From: an uncultured Dehalococcoidia bacterium | Lineage (GTDB): Bacteria > Chloroflexota > Dehalococcoidia > Lucifugimonadales > Australimonadaceae | Assembly: GCA_964391355.1 (NCBI GenBank) | Contig: CAYMJY010000003.1 | Location: forward strand, 200-64,199 | Reading direction: 5' to 3' | Length of the DNA stretch: 64,000 bases | Shown: piece after piece, positions 1 through 11,239 of the stretch | How the letters are laid out: each line of letters starts with the position of its first letter | Position numbering within the stretch: the stretch's first letter is position 1 | Program-made: the position numbers and the translations under genes | The notes under the pieces: generated by a model | Databases searched by the model: none | What the model saw: only the letters and a program-made list of their open reading frames with translations | What the model was told of the DNA's origin: nothing

Positions 1-38
1 CGTAGAATTCAGCCATATTTAGCTCTGAGGTAATTCAG

Positions 39-1151
39 TTGATCGAAGACGCTAACACCGATGGACAAGCTGAGCCGACCATGGCCCAGTTGTTAGAAGA
101 ATCACAGCCGATGAAAGGCCTTCGGCGAGGCGATGTCGTGGAAGGTGTTGTTGCACGTGCTGATTCAGATGGCATTTTAGTTTCTGTTGGTAACAAATCG
201 GAAGGAGTAATTCCGCAACGCGAGATGAGAAGTATGACTCATGCGATGCTAGAAGAGTACTCATCCGGGACCAGCATAATTGTTTACGTTATGGATCCTT
301 CCGGTTCTGAGGGTCAGGCGCTACTTTCTTTTGACCGAGCAAGATCTTTTAGAGCATGGATTGAACTAGAAAATTGCATTCAGAGCGGCAATACAATTAA
401 GGGCCAATTTGCCGGATTCAATCGTGGTGGGGCTATCGTAGATGTCCAGTCGGTACAGGCGTTTGTGCCCATGTCTCAAATGAATATTCCTCAAGGTTCT
501 GATCCTGAGCAATTTTTGAAGGAACGCGAAGGCCAAGAATCCGACTTCAAGGTAATTGAAGTCAATAGGCGTCGCAATCGTGCAGTACTTTCCCAGAAGG
601 CAACCAATCAACAGCAACGGGATGATTCAAAAATTAAATTGATGGATGAAATTCAAGAAGGTGATGTAAGGGATGGTGTAGTTACAGGTATTACCAGCTT
701 TGGAGCATTTATTGATATAGGCGGTGCTGATGGGCTAGTGCATATTTCTGAATTGTCTTGGAAGCCTGTGGATGCTGTGACTGATGTCTTATCTGAAGGA
801 CAGAATATCGAAGTTTTCGTATTGAAAGTGGATAAAGATAATAAGCGAATTGCGTTAAGTATTCGCAAATTGATTCCTACGCCTTGGGAAACTGCAGTAG
901 ATAAGTTCTCGCTAGGGCAATTGGTTTCAGGTAAGGTTACGAAACTAACTGATTTTGGTGCGTTTGCGCTTGTTGAAGATACAATTGAGGGCCTGATACA
1001 TGTTTCGGAGTTGACGGATCGTCATATTCAGCATCCGAAAGAGGTGGTTGCTGTTGGAGACTCGCTTACACTACGTATTGTTAGCATGGACTATGGCAAG
1101 CAAAGAATGGGGTTGAGCGTAAAACAGGTTGAGGAGTTTCAGGTTGTTTAG
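39..1151 (+). CDS. rpsA: 30S ribosomal protein S1 (four S1/OB RNA-binding repeats)
   Basis: 370-aa ORF with repeated S1-domain blocks (G.VV.G.V..., GLVHISEL, GLIHVSEL). An in-frame stop at 3-5 places the start inside the window. GAGG lies 7 nt upstream of TTG 39; ATG 81 is an alternative start. Confidence 0.9.
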   Translation: MIEDANTDGQAEPTMAQLLEESQPMKGLRRGDVVEGVVARADSDGILVSVGNKSEGVIPQREMRSMTHAMLEEYSSGTSIIVYVMDPSGSEGQALLSFDRARSFRAWIELENCIQSGNTIKGQFAGFNRGGAIVDVQSVQAFVPMSQMNIPQGSDPEQFLKEREGQESDFKVIEVNRRRNRAVLSQKATNQQQRDDSKIKLMDEIQEGDVRDGVVTGITSFGAFIDIGGADGLVHISELSWKPVDAVTDVLSEGQNIEVFVLKVDKDNKRIALSIRKLIPTPWETAVDKFSLGQLVSGKVTKLTDFGAFALVEDTIEGLIHVSELTDRHIQHPKEVVAVGDSLTLRIVSMDYGKQRMGLSVKQVEEFQVV

Positions 1152-1195
1152 TGTGTTGAAGTTTATTTCTATCCAGGAACTTGGAGTGGCAAGTA

Positions 1196-3658
1196 ATGGC
1201 AAGTAGATTCGAAAAGTTTTCAGAGAGGGCAAGGCGTGTTCTTTCTTTGGCTCAGGAAGAAGCTCAACGCTTTAACCATAACTACATTGGTACCGAGCAT
1301 ATACTTTTAGGGCTAGCAAGAGAAGCAGACGGAGTTGCTGCGCGTGTTTTAACTAGCTTGGGAGTAGAACTATCTAAGGCTAGATCTGCTGTCGAATTTA
1401 TAATAGGGAGAGGCGAACGACCTTCCCCAGGTGATATAGGACTCACTCCTCGCGCTAAAAAAATTATTGAGTTAGCAGTTGATGAAGCACGTCGCCTTAG
1501 CCATCACTACATTGGGACAGAGCATTTGCTTATTGGAATAATGCGTGAAGGTGAAGGAGTAGCAGCCGGAGTTCTTGAAAGCCTAGGTGTATCTCTGGAT
1601 AAAGTTAGGACAGAAACAACTAGGATACTTAATCAAAGTGTATCTCAAGGTCAATCGCAAGGAAGCAAATCTGGAACTCGAACACCTACGTTAGATCAAT
1701 TAGGTATTGATCTAACTCAAGCTGCACGCGCTGGGAAACTGGATCCGGTTATTGGAAGAAACAAAGAAGTTGCTAGAGTAATTCAAATTTTAAGCCGTAG
1801 GACTAAGAATAACCCCGTACTTATTGGACCTCCAGGTGTCGGCAAAACAGCGATAGTGGAGGCCTTAGCTGAGCGTGTAGTTAGCGGTGACGTACCAGAC
1901 TCACTTGCAAACAAACGAGTTGTTACTCTTGACATGGGCACTTTGGTAGCAGGTACAAAATACAGAGGAGAATTTGAGGAAAGGTTAAAGAAAGTTGTCG
2001 AAGAGATTAAAGCTGCTGGCAATTGTGTTCTGTTTATAGACGAGATGCACACAATGGTTGGTGCTGGTGCAGCTGAGGGAGCAGTAGATGCTGCTAACAT
2101 TCTTAAACCTTCTTTGGCTCGAGGGGAGCTCCAAACAATTGGCGCAACCACTCATGATGACTATCGTAAATATGTAGAGAGAGACCCTGCACTTGAGCGT
2201 CGATTTCAACCAGTTCACGTTGAGGAACCCTCAACAGAAGAAACGATTGACATATTGCGAGGAATCAAGCACAAATTTGAAGAACATCACTCAGTAGAAA
2301 TTCAAGACGATGCGTTGCAATCGGCAGCTAATTTAGCTTCAAGATATATAGCGGACAGGTACCTACCTGATAAGGCTATTGATTTAATGGATGAAGCTGG
2401 TTCTCGCGTTCGAATTAGGAGTAGTGGCACTCCGATTCCAGTGAAAGAAGCAAGAAAAGTCTTGGAAACTGTGCGTCGTGATAAAGACGAAGCAATAGCT
2501 CAGCAGCAATACGAATATGCTGCCGAGCTTCGAGACAGAGAACTCAAGCTTGCTGATAAGCTTCAGCGCCTGCAGGCTGAATGGCAGGAGACTTCAGAAA
2601 AAAATGAGGCTGTTGTAACTGCGGAAGAAATAGCTGAAGTGGTAAGTATGTGGACTGGCCTACCCGTAACTAGGTTGGCTTTGGAAGAGACCGAACGATT
2701 GATCCATATGGAAGATGAGTTACACAAGAGGATCATAGGGCAGGAAGAGCCCATAGTTGCAATTTCAAAATCAGTAAGGCGAGCTCGTGCCGGGCTTAAG
2801 GACATTCGCCGTCCTATCGGCAGCTTCTTATTCCTTGGCCCGACAGGAGTTGGAAAGACAGAGTTGGTGAGAGCACTTTCCGAATTCATGTTTGGTTCGG
2901 AGGATGCCATGATTCGTCTTGATATGTCAGAGTTCATGGAACGTCACACAGTCGCAAGATTAGTGGGGGCACCGCCTGGTTATGTCGGGTATGAAGAAGG
3001 AGGACAGCTTACAGACGCTATTAGAAGGCGTAGCTACGCATGTATCCTTTTCGACGAAATTGAGAAAGCCCATCCTGATGTTTTCAATATTTTGCTCCAA
3101 ATATTTGATGATGGACACCTTACAGACGCTAAGGGCCGAAAAGTTGATTTTAGGAACACGATCGTAATAATGACTAGCAATATCGGCTCTGACTTGATTA
3201 GAGCTGAAAGCGGCCTAGGGTTCGCTATTAAAAGCGAAGAAGGAAAAACTGAGGTACAAGAATACGAACGGATGAAAGACAAGGTTATGGATGAAGTTAA
3301 GCGCTTTTTCCGACCCGAATTTTTAAACCGTGTGGACGGACAAATTGTGTTCCATCCTTTGACGAAAGAACACATTGTCCAAATTGTTGACCTCATGCTT
3401 AATGATGTTCGCAAACCAATGCTTGAAAAAGGACTTAGCCTAGAGATCACAACTCCTGCGAAGGAGTGGCTTGCTGAAAAAGGTTACGATCCCAAGTTCG
3501 GTGCGAGGCCTCTGAGAAGAGTTATTCAGACTGAGATCGAAGATCCACTTTCTGAAGATGTTTTGGCTGGGAAATACCAACCCGGTAACACTGTCCTTGT
3601 TGACTTAAAGGACGACCATTTAGAGATTAATAGCCAAGAGGCTGCATCTGTAACGTAG
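1196..3658 (+). CDS. clpC: ATP-dependent Clp protease ATP-binding subunit ClpC
   Basis: Two Clp_N repeats ([22 protein letters not shown]), D1 Walker [12 protein letters not shown]-like linker ([11 protein letters not shown]) and D2 Walker A GPTGVGKT. The ORF opens at TTG 1181, but GGAG precedes ATG 1196 ([16 protein letters not shown]). Confidence 0.95.
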   Translation: MASRFEKFSERARRVLSLAQEEAQRFNHNYIGTEHILLGLAREADGVAARVLTSLGVELSKARSAVEFIIGRGERPSPGDIGLTPRAKKIIELAVDEARRLSHHYIGTEHLLIGIMREGEGVAAGVLESLGVSLDKVRTETTRILNQSVSQGQSQGSKSGTRTPTLDQLGIDLTQAARAGKLDPVIGRNKEVARVIQILSRRTKNNPVLIGPPGVGKTAIVEALAERVVSGDVPDSLANKRVVTLDMGTLVAGTKYRGEFEERLKKVVEEIKAAGNCVLFIDEMHTMVGAGAAEGAVDAANILKPSLARGELQTIGATTHDDYRKYVERDPALERRFQPVHVEEPSTEETIDILRGIKHKFEEHHSVEIQDDALQSAANLASRYIADRYLPDKAIDLMDEAGSRVRIRSSGTPIPVKEARKVLETVRRDKDEAIAQQQYEYAAELRDRELKLADKLQRLQAEWQETSEKNEAVVTAEEIAEVVSMWTGLPVTRLALEETERLIHMEDELHKRIIGQEEPIVAISKSVRRARAGLKDIRRPIGSFLFLGPTGVGKTELVRALSEFMFGSEDAMIRLDMSEFMERHTVARLVGAPPGYVGYEEGGQLTDAIRRRSYACILFDEIEKAHPDVFNILLQIFDDGHLTDAKGRKVDFRNTIVIMTSNIGSDLIRAESGLGFAIKSEEGKTEVQEYERMKDKVMDEVKRFFRPEFLNRVDGQIVFHPLTKEHIVQIVDLMLNDVRKPMLEKGLSLEITTPAKEWLAEKGYDPKFGARPLRRVIQTEIEDPLSEDVLAGKYQPGNTVLVDLKDDHLEINSQEAASVT

Positions 3659-3710
3659 GCGAGTATAAATGGTATGGGATATCACATCGAGCATTTGACA
3701 GCTTGATGGA

Positions 3711-4604
3711 TTGGCTGTATTCGATATGAATTCTAGTAGGAATTACAAAAGGCTTCCTGAGTGGCTCAAGGTTCCAATGCCTGTTGGCCCAAACTACATT
3801 GAGACTAGGAATTTGCTTCAAGGCTTGGGGCTCAATACCGTTTGCGAAGAGGCTAGGTGCCCCAATATTGGTGATTGCTGGGAGCGCAAAACTGCTACTT
3901 TCATGATCTTAGGCGACATCTGTACACGCGCATGCAGGTATTGTGCAGTTACTTCAGGAAAACCCGGCGCTCTTGACCCAAAAGAGCCTGAAAAAATTGC
4001 TCAGGCTGTTGCCGTTCTTGATTTGGATTATGTAGTTATCACTTCTGTAGATCGTGATGATTTACCGGATGGTGGGGCTAGTGTATTCGCAAATTGCATA
4101 GAATCTATTAGGCAATTAGCACCTAATTGCAAAATTGAAATCCTAACTCCTGATTTTGGTGGAAACTTTGAATCGCTTAAGGTTGTTCTAGATGCCGGTC
4201 CAACTGTACTAAACCACAATATAGAGACAGTAAGATCTATATTCGCCAGCGTACGGCCAAGAGGGGATTATGATTTATCCTTGGAGTTTTTGAGACGTTC
4301 GAAAGAAATTGATCCAGGAATTGCAACTAAATCAGGTATTATGGTTGGACTAGGTGAGAGTAGAGCTGAGCTTGGCCAGACAATGCTTGACCTTAGTGAA
4401 CAAGGAGTTGATTTCTTGACTGTGGGCCAGTACCTTCGCCCTTCTGTTAAACATATTGAGATGTCACGTTTCTACCATCCTAATGAGTTCAAAGATATCG
4501 AAGAAGAAGGCAGAAAGCTCGGGTTCTTGAATGTGGCATCGGGACCACTCATCAGATCTTCATACCATGCTGACGAACTGCATACGCCTTCAACTGCAAG
4601 ATAG
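3711..4604 (+). CDS. lipA: lipoyl synthase
   Basis: Radical-SAM motif CTRACRYC plus the auxiliary cluster motif CEEARCPNIGDC. Start is uncertain (TTG 3711 or ATG 3726). Confidence 0.93.
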   Translation: MAVFDMNSSRNYKRLPEWLKVPMPVGPNYIETRNLLQGLGLNTVCEEARCPNIGDCWERKTATFMILGDICTRACRYCAVTSGKPGALDPKEPEKIAQAVAVLDLDYVVITSVDRDDLPDGGASVFANCIESIRQLAPNCKIEILTPDFGGNFESLKVVLDAGPTVLNHNIETVRSIFASVRPRGDYDLSLEFLRRSKEIDPGIATKSGIMVGLGESRAELGQTMLDLSEQGVDFLTVGQYLRPSVKHIEMSRFYHPNEFKDIEEEGRKLGFLNVASGPLIRSSYHADELHTPSTAR

Positions 4605-4611
4605 GTGAGCG

Positions 4612-5592
4612 ATGACAATAAAAATAGCCGTACTCGATGACTATCAGAGCGTGGCGTCGAACCTCAAAGAGTGGAACAAACTGAGCGAAGCAGAAGTTAC
4701 TTTTTTCAACCATGGATTTGTTGATGAAAGTGCCATGGTATCTGCGCTTTTTCCATATGATGTGCTCGTTACAATTAGAGAGAGATCATCATTACCCGCC
4801 TCTTTAATAGAGCAACTCTCAAATTTAAAGCTAATTGCAGGTACTGGGCGAAGGCAAAACCATGTTGATCTGCAATCTGCTAAAGCAAATGGAATTACTG
4901 TTACCGGTACGCACTTTGGGCAAGAGGAGCCTATAAAGAATTCGGACTCAGGAGTTGCCACTGCCGAGTTGACATGGGGGTTGATTTTAGACTTATCTCG
5001 TAAGATCACTTGGGAAAATAATGCACTGCGCAATGGGATATGGCAATCTTCCGTATCTGAAGGACTTGCCGGTAAAACCCTTGGTATTATGGGCCTTGGC
5101 AGGATTGGTTCGATAGTTGCTAGCTTTGGCAATATGTTCGGAATGAAGGTGATAGCCTGGGGACCAACCTTAACAAAACAAAGAGCTGATAAAAACAGAG
5201 TAGAACTAGTGCTTTGGGAAGAACTTTTTCAGGATTCTGATTTTTTAACTATTCATGTATTGCTTACAAAATTATCAAGACATTGGGTCGGGTCGAGTGA
5301 ATTATCTTTGATGAAACCGACTGCCTATATCATTAATACTGCTAGATCAGGGATTATAGATAGTTCCGCGCTAATAGACTCACTGTCAACCCAAAGAATC
5401 TCAGGTGGAGCGTTCGATGTTTTTGATGAAGAACCAATCACCATATCGCATCCATTGTTGAAATTGAACAATGTGATTACGACTCCTCATTTAGGATATG
5501 CGACTCGTGAAACGTTAACTGATTTTTTAGTTCAAGCAATTGATTGCGTCAAGAAGTGGATTGAAGGTAAGCCAATCAACGTAGTGAATTAA
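4612..5592 (+). CDS. D-isomer-specific 2-hydroxyacid dehydrogenase family protein (NAD-binding)
   Basis: Rossmann motif GIMGLGRIGS and the C-terminal TPHLGYAT block typical of the family. AGGTGAG Shine-Dalgarno (SD) sequence upstream. Substrate unknown. Confidence 0.8.
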   Translation: MTIKIAVLDDYQSVASNLKEWNKLSEAEVTFFNHGFVDESAMVSALFPYDVLVTIRERSSLPASLIEQLSNLKLIAGTGRRQNHVDLQSAKANGITVTGTHFGQEEPIKNSDSGVATAELTWGLILDLSRKITWENNALRNGIWQSSVSEGLAGKTLGIMGLGRIGSIVASFGNMFGMKVIAWGPTLTKQRADKNRVELVLWEELFQDSDFLTIHVLLTKLSRHWVGSSELSLMKPTAYIINTARSGIIDSSALIDSLSTQRISGGAFDVFDEEPITISHPLLKLNNVITTPHLGYATRETLTDFLVQAIDCVKKWIEGKPINVVN

Positions 5593-6586
5593 AATTTATG
5601 TTAATACTCTGAGCTAATACATAGTCAGTAAGTGAGTCTAAGGATTGGTGTGAACTATCAACTGGTAATGAAGCAATCGATTTTTTTGCTGCATTAATGT
5701 GCGAGCCACAAGCATAAATCGAATCATTTAAGGCTTTGGAAGATCTAATGTGATCAACGATCTTTAACAAAAGTGATTTTTCTTTATTACCGTTCTTTGC
5801 GGCTAAAATGTCAGGATTTTTGGAATTATTTGCAATATACAGCAATGTGGGCAAAGTAATAGTACCTTGCGTTAGGTCGTTACCGACTGGTTTTCCAAGC
5901 TCGGATTCAGAACCTGTAAAATCAAGCACATCATCCATTATCTGAAAGGCCATCCCCAGATGATATCCATAAGATTTAAGTGCAGCGACTTGGGGTACCG
6001 AAGCCCCGCTTAAAATTGCACCTGACTCTGCAGCAGTGCTGAATAATGTTGCAGTCTTATCATATATTCTTGCCTCGTACTCTTCTATTGTCTGAGCCCA
6101 ATTAAAGGCGCTGAAATGTTCTTGGAGCTCCCCACGAGCCAAATCCATGATGGTTTCAGAAAACCGCCGAATCACCCCAATGTCACCAGTTTCGCATACG
6201 TGCATGGCTGAGGATGCGAAAAGGTAGTCACCTAATAAGACAGCTACTTTGCCGCCCCATTGGCTGCTGACTGTGCTTTTGCCTCGCCTTGTATCAGCAT
6301 AATCAATTGTGTCGTCGTGGATTAGAGATGCGATATGGAGTAATTCAACAGCTGTAGCCATTGTCACTACTTTTTCAGCAGGCTCACATTGAATTTGCGC
6401 AGAAAGCAAAGTGAGTGCTGGTCTGATTTTTTTCCCACTACTTAGCACCGCATGCGCAACTAGTTTCTCGTCTGTATTTAGACCAGCCCTATCTGCTAGA
6501 TTGGCTAAATTATTATTCACTTGTTTCAGCTGTTTCGAAACTGGCTGAAAGATAGTACTTAATACGACTTCGTGTTCACTTGGCAT
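5576..6586 (-). CDS. polyprenyl diphosphate synthase (long-chain trans-prenyltransferase)
   Basis: Two Asp-rich motifs, LIHDDTIDYAD and FQIMDDVLD. The tracked ORF extends to 6700, but that part lies inside metG, so the start is moved to ATG 6586 (11-nt overlap with the metG stop). Confidence 0.85.
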   Translation of the reverse strand: MPSEHEVVLSTIFQPVSKQLKQVNNNLANLADRAGLNTDEKLVAHAVLSSGKKIRPALTLLSAQIQCEPAEKVVTMATAVELLHIASLIHDDTIDYADTRRGKSTVSSQWGGKVAVLLGDYLFASSAMHVCETGDIGVIRRFSETIMDLARGELQEHFSAFNWAQTIEEYEARIYDKTATLFSTAAESGAILSGASVPQVAALKSYGYHLGMAFQIMDDVLDFTGSESELGKPVGNDLTQGTITLPTLLYIANNSKNPDILAAKNGNKEKSLLLKIVDHIRSSKALNDSIYACGSHINAAKKSIASLPVDSSHQSLDSLTDYVLAQSININFNSLR

Positions 6587-8246
6587 TAGAACCAAGTTTG
6601 GCGACCATCTCGCCAGCAATTTCGTCATCAAGTTTCTGAAACAAAGGTGCGGGTTGTGGCAATGGTGAAGAAGGTAAAGGAGGATTAATTTCCCATCCAT
6701 TACTCTCTATGCTATTCGAAAAGCCTAGCATTTCGTGCAATTTTTGAGATGTAAATGGTAAAAATGGATATAGAACAACCTTAAGGCACGAAATGGAATA
6801 GAGAGCGGAAGCGAGCGTATCGGCTGCGTCTTCAATGTTTTCGCGAACCTGTTTCCAAGGCGCTCTATAGTCTAAGAATCTGTTAGTTTCGTGCGCGAGG
6901 TTCATCGCATGTCCAAGAGCCTCTTTGAATCTAGGCGAAGAGTTCAAGCTATCACTTACTTGTACTAGCGTAGAATTGGCTTTTTCAGCCAGAAGGCGAT
7001 CTACAGTGCCTGAAGGAGTACATCCTTTGAAATTATTATGGACAAGGGTGAGGACGCGATGGACTAAATTCCCGAAAGTAGCTACTAATTCGTCATTATT
7101 ACGTCTTACATATTCAGACCATGAAAAATTACTATCACTAGTTTCAGGCATAGTTGCTGCTAAATAGTAACGGAGAGGATCTGGATCAAAAGTATTCAGG
7201 TAATCATCCAACCATACAGCCCAATTACGGCTTGTGGATAATTTACTTCCCTCTACTCCCAAGTATTCGTTTGCAGGTACATTAGTAGGAAGATTTAGTC
7301 CTCCATAACCTAGTAGCATTGAAGGCCAAATCACGGTGTGAAACGGGATATTGTCTTTGCCCATGAAATAATAAGAGCGACTTTCAGGATTTTCCCAATA
7401 ATCACGCCAAGCATCTTTATCACCTGTCAACTGCGCCCACTCCTTGCTGGCTGATAGGTAACCTATTACGGCTTCGAACCATACATATATCCGCCTATCC
7501 TCGTAATCTTCAACAGGTACTGAGATACCCCACTCAAGGTTCCTAGTGATTGCTCGATCTCTTAATCCTTCATTTAAGTAACCAATGGTGAAGTTCTTTA
7601 CGTTGGAACGCCAAGTGGTCTTATCATTTATCCATGCATTTAATTCATCTTGAAAAGCGCTTAACCGAAGGAAGAGATGCTCGGCTTCTTTGATTTCAAC
7701 GGGGTAATTTTTGTACTCACGCGTATAAAAAGGATTAATTAAATCAACAGGGTCAAGTGTCTGCCCACAATTATCACACTGATCTCCCCGAGCTTGATCA
7801 AAATTACAATGTGGGCATGTTCCGCTTACATACCTGTCGGGCAGATAACGGTCAAAGTCCACAGAATAAGCTACAAGCATCTTGTCTTTATAAATATAAT
7901 TTTTTTGGAGCAGCGTAGTAAAAATGTCGTGAACAGTTTCTTTATGATTTTGTGTCATTGTTGAGGTAAATAAATCAAAGGAAATTCCGAATCGATCCCA
8001 AGACTCCAAAAAAGACGAATGGTAACGATCGACTATTTCACGCGGCTCAACTTTTTCTGATTCAGCTTTTAAAGTAATAGGAGTTCCATGTGCGTCAGAT
8101 CCAGATACCATAAGGACGTTGGATCCAAATAATCTGTGGTATCGGGCGAAAATATCTGCAGGCAAGTATGATCCTGCGATATGGCCCAAGTGAAGAGGTC
8201 CATTGGCATAAGGCCAAGCTACTCCAACTAAAATATATGCACTCAT
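6576..8246 (-). CDS. metG: methionine--tRNA ligase
   Basis: PYANGPLHLGH (HIGH-type), KLSTSRN (KMSKS-type) and zinc knuckle CPHC...CDNC. The ORF opens at 8276; ATG 8246 gives the typical N-terminus MSAYILVGVAWPYANG. Confidence 0.93.
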   Translation of the reverse strand: MSAYILVGVAWPYANGPLHLGHIAGSYLPADIFARYHRLFGSNVLMVSGSDAHGTPITLKAESEKVEPREIVDRYHSSFLESWDRFGISFDLFTSTMTQNHKETVHDIFTTLLQKNYIYKDKMLVAYSVDFDRYLPDRYVSGTCPHCNFDQARGDQCDNCGQTLDPVDLINPFYTREYKNYPVEIKEAEHLFLRLSAFQDELNAWINDKTTWRSNVKNFTIGYLNEGLRDRAITRNLEWGISVPVEDYEDRRIYVWFEAVIGYLSASKEWAQLTGDKDAWRDYWENPESRSYYFMGKDNIPFHTVIWPSMLLGYGGLNLPTNVPANEYLGVEGSKLSTSRNWAVWLDDYLNTFDPDPLRYYLAATMPETSDSNFSWSEYVRRNNDELVATFGNLVHRVLTLVHNNFKGCTPSGTVDRLLAEKANSTLVQVSDSLNSSPRFKEALGHAMNLAHETNRFLDYRAPWKQVRENIEDAADTLASALYSISCLKVVLYPFLPFTSQKLHEMLGFSNSIESNGWEINPPLPSSPLPQPAPLFQKLDDEIAGEMVAKLGSNAK

Positions 8247-8329
8247 TAAAGACCTATAATAAAACTTTCTAACCATTCTATCAGGGTGTTTGCTTCAGGC
8301 GTAGATTAAATGAATTGAAACCAGATCCC

Positions 8330-9154
8330 TTAGTTTTCTTTTTGCCAGTGCTTATAAATTTCACGTTTTGGCATATTCAGTTGCTTGGCAAGGATAACTG
8401 ACGCTTCGTTTCTGGAAAGACCTACGGCTTTGAGTTCTGATAAGTGTGCTACCAATTCATCAGCGCTCGGTTCCTTTTTGTTTAAGTCTTGTGGAGTGGG
8501 TTCAAAAATCAGAACAAATTCGCCAATAGGCTTTTTGAAATGTTCAAGAGCATCGTAGGGGCGCCCTTGCCATATTTCTTCATGGAATTTAGTCAATTCT
8601 CGACAAATTGTAAGACTTGCTTCGGGGGAAGCTTCGGAAATAATTTGGAGTGTGGATATTAACCTATGAGGAGATTCAAAAAACACAACCGCTTCCTTTT
8701 TCTCCTTCACTGAATCGAAAAAGCCGACACGAGCTTTTGCGTTACGCGGTAAAAACCCAACGAAAATAAAAGCCGGAGATTTGATGGCTGCTACAGAAAT
8801 AGAAGCAGTGACAGAAGAAGGACCTGGGATGGGTGAAACATTAAAACCTGAATCCTTTACGGCCTGAACTAAGACTCTCCCCGGGTCACTAATGAGAGGA
8901 GTCCCGGCATCACTGACTAAGGCCACATTTTTTTCCGATAAGGTTTTTATAATTTTGGGTGTTCGTTTAAGTGAATTATTTTCATTAAAACTAATAATCG
9001 GGGTACTGAAATTAAAATGGCTTAAAATTTTCTTTGTAACTCTAGTGTCCTCAGCTGCAATCAACCCTACGCTTTTCAAGGTGTTAAGAGCTCGAAAGGA
9101 CAAATCCTCCAAATTGCCAATGGGAGTTGCGACTATATATAGGGTGCCTGACAT
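8330..9154 (-). CDS. rsmI: 16S rRNA (cytidine1402-2'-O)-methyltransferase RsmI
   Basis: N-terminus LYIVATPIGNLEDLSFRAL...AAEDTR and the overall tetrapyrrole-methylase-fold pattern. Confidence 0.88.
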   Translation of the reverse strand: MSGTLYIVATPIGNLEDLSFRALNTLKSVGLIAAEDTRVTKKILSHFNFSTPIISFNENNSLKRTPKIIKTLSEKNVALVSDAGTPLISDPGRVLVQAVKDSGFNVSPIPGPSSVTASISVAAIKSPAFIFVGFLPRNAKARVGFFDSVKEKKEAVVFFESPHRLISTLQIISEASPEASLTICRELTKFHEEIWQGRPYDALEHFKKPIGEFVLIFEPTPQDLNKKEPSADELVAHLSELKAVGLSRNEASVILAKQLNMPKREIYKHWQKEN

Positions 9155-9183
9155 AATGTAATCTTTATGTACGGAGATCTGAC

Positions 9184-10329
9184 ATGAAAGCTTTATTTAA
9201 CGAAGAGGAACTTATGTTAAAAGCTGTAGTCCGTGAGTTTGCGGATCGAGAGCTAATACCAAAAGCCCCAGAATATGACAAAACAGAATCATTTCCTTGG
9301 GATAACATCCATGCCCTTTCCAGCATGGGCTTAATGGGCCTAACTATACCTGAGGAGTATGGTGGCGCGAATTCTACATACGCACAGCTTATGATTGCGG
9401 TAGAGGAATTAGCTCGTGGTTGTGCTGCTACCAGTGTCATTCACTTGACTCATCTATCTTTAGGTTCTGAGAGCATTATTAGATTCGGCTCGAAGACCCA
9501 ACAGGGATATTTTTTACCAAAGCTTGCATCTGGAGAATTTCTAGCAGCATTTGCATTGACAGAACCCAGTTCCGGTTCAGATGCTTCGGATATTCAGACT
9601 ATAGCCTTAAGAACAAAAGAAGGATATACCATCAACGGATCTAAAACTTTTATCACGAATGGTCCTGAGGCTGATGTGCTGATTGTTTTTGCGGCTACTG
9701 ACCCAAATGATGGCGCTCACGGAATTTCCGCTTTTCTCGTACAAAAAGATACTCCGGGTTTTAATGTAACAGAGCAAAAAGGGAAAATGGGTATGCGTGC
9801 GTCCAGTACAGCTGAACTCTCCTTTGTTGATTGCCACCTGAATGAGAATGAGCGGCTGGGATTGGAAGGTGAAGGTTTCCATATTGCAATGTCAATAATT
9901 GATTCAAGCAGAATGACTGTTGCAGCTCAAGCAATTGGTATAGGGCAAGCAGCACTTGAAGAAGCTTTGAAGTATTCAAACCATAGGGTTACGTTCGGCA
10001 AGAAACTAATCCACCATCAAGCAATTCAGTTCATGTTGGCTGATATGGCTACAAGACTCGAGGCCGCACGGCTATTAACCAGAAGAGCTGCACAATTAAA
10101 AGACTCCGGGCGTGAATATACAAAGGAAACCGCTATGGCCAAGCTTGCTGCTGCTGAGGCTGCTCACTATGTTTGTGATAAGGCATTACAAATCCATGGT
10201 GGTTATGGATATTTTAACAGTTCGGTAGTTGAACGTTTGTATCGTGACCAACGGGTAACTGAAATTTATGAGGGCACAAGTGAAATCCAGCGACTTGTGA
10301 TTGCTCGGAACTTAATAAAAGAACAGTGA
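9184..10329 (+). CDS. acyl-CoA dehydrogenase (short/medium-chain type)
   Basis: 381 aa with ACAD N-terminal, middle and C-terminal layout. Catalytic-base region YEGTSEIQRLVIAR. Confidence 0.9.
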   Translation: MKALFNEEELMLKAVVREFADRELIPKAPEYDKTESFPWDNIHALSSMGLMGLTIPEEYGGANSTYAQLMIAVEELARGCAATSVIHLTHLSLGSESIIRFGSKTQQGYFLPKLASGEFLAAFALTEPSSGSDASDIQTIALRTKEGYTINGSKTFITNGPEADVLIVFAATDPNDGAHGISAFLVQKDTPGFNVTEQKGKMGMRASSTAELSFVDCHLNENERLGLEGEGFHIAMSIIDSSRMTVAAQAIGIGQAALEEALKYSNHRVTFGKKLIHHQAIQFMLADMATRLEAARLLTRRAAQLKDSGREYTKETAMAKLAAAEAAHYVCDKALQIHGGYGYFNSSVVERLYRDQRVTEIYEGTSEIQRLVIARNLIKEQ

Positions 10330-10384
10330 TTTGATTAGTAAATGGTAATTTAGAAGCAATTGATCTATTAGTTATCGGTGTTTT

Positions 10385-10822
10385 ATGTTGAATCAGGCAC
10401 ATACTTGTATAGTTGGATCACTTAACCATATCGGCATTGCCGTAACTGATTTAGAACAGGCTTTGCTTCTTTATCAGACTCTTTTTGATTCCCCTAGTGC
10501 AGAGATTATTGAACCAGACTTTATGCCAATCAGGGCTGCAGTGATTAAACAGGGTGATACACACATCGAGTTGCTTGAGCCTTTAGATTCGAAAAGCGAG
10601 ATTGGGAAATTCATTTCTAAGCGTGGAGAGGGGTTACATCACGTGGCATTTGACGTAAGTAATTTAGACGCCAAGATAAAGCAGTTAAAGTCTTTAGGCA
10701 TTAGTATGATTGACGAAAAAGCACGAATGGGGATCACTGGTCAAATTGCTTTTATTCACCCTTCTTCTACACGAGGTACCTTAATCGAGTTGGTAGAAAC
10801 ATTGCATGTGGATAAGGAATGA
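10385..10822 (+). CDS. mce: methylmalonyl-CoA epimerase (VOC family)
   Basis: 145 aa with LNHIGIAV ... GEGLHHVAF ... IAFIHP ... LIELV, the metal-ligand pattern of the epimerase subgroup. Adjacent to the mutase B12 subunit. Confidence 0.8.
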   Translation: MLNQAHTCIVGSLNHIGIAVTDLEQALLLYQTLFDSPSAEIIEPDFMPIRAAVIKQGDTHIELLEPLDSKSEIGKFISKRGEGLHHVAFDVSNLDAKIKQLKSLGISMIDEKARMGITGQIAFIHPSSTRGTLIELVETLHVDKE

Positions 10823-11235
10823 TACCTACTCGAAACTACAGAGTATTGATCGCAAAAGCTGGCTTAGATGGTCATGACCGCGGGGCTCTTTTCTTACAAA
10901 AGACGTTGACAGACCACGGATTCAATGTGGAATACACAGGCATACGCCAAACCCCTGCTTCCATAGCGCAACGCGCAAAAGACTTCCAAGCTGACTTAAT
11001 AGGAATCAGTATATTGTCCGGTGCTCATATGGAATTGATTCCTAAGTTGATCGAGCGACTAGAGGTGGTAGGTTTAGCAGAAGTACCTCTCATCATCGGA
11101 GGAATAATTCCCGAGATAGATAAAATCGAGTTGTTGGAGATGGGGGTAGTAGCGATATTCGGACCAGGATCAAAAACAGACGATATCGTGACCAAATTAC
11201 TTGAGATTCAACAGTTGAATTCAAAGAAAAGATGA
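10819..11235 (+). CDS. methylmalonyl-CoA mutase family, cobalamin-binding small subunit/domain
   Basis: B12-binding DxHxxG motif (LDGHDRGA), SILSGAH and IIGGIIP. ATGA overlap with the upstream epimerase gene. Confidence 0.85.
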   Translation: MIPTRNYRVLIAKAGLDGHDRGALFLQKTLTDHGFNVEYTGIRQTPASIAQRAKDFQADLIGISILSGAHMELIPKLIERLEVVGLAEVPLIIGGIIPEIDKIELLEMGVVAIFGPGSKTDDIVTKLLEIQQLNSKKR

Positions 11236-11239
11236 AGTT

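Noticed and set aside
6587-6700. N-terminal extension of the prenyl synthase ORF, with similar long-ORF extensions of ruvA (to 27101), ruvC (to 27580), hppA (to 38053), the translin-like gene (to 38855) and the lipoprotein (to 23356)
   Set aside because: The extensions run into the upstream gene's coding sequence and add non-conserved residues. Internal starts give canonical N-termini, and for hppA a perfect SD.
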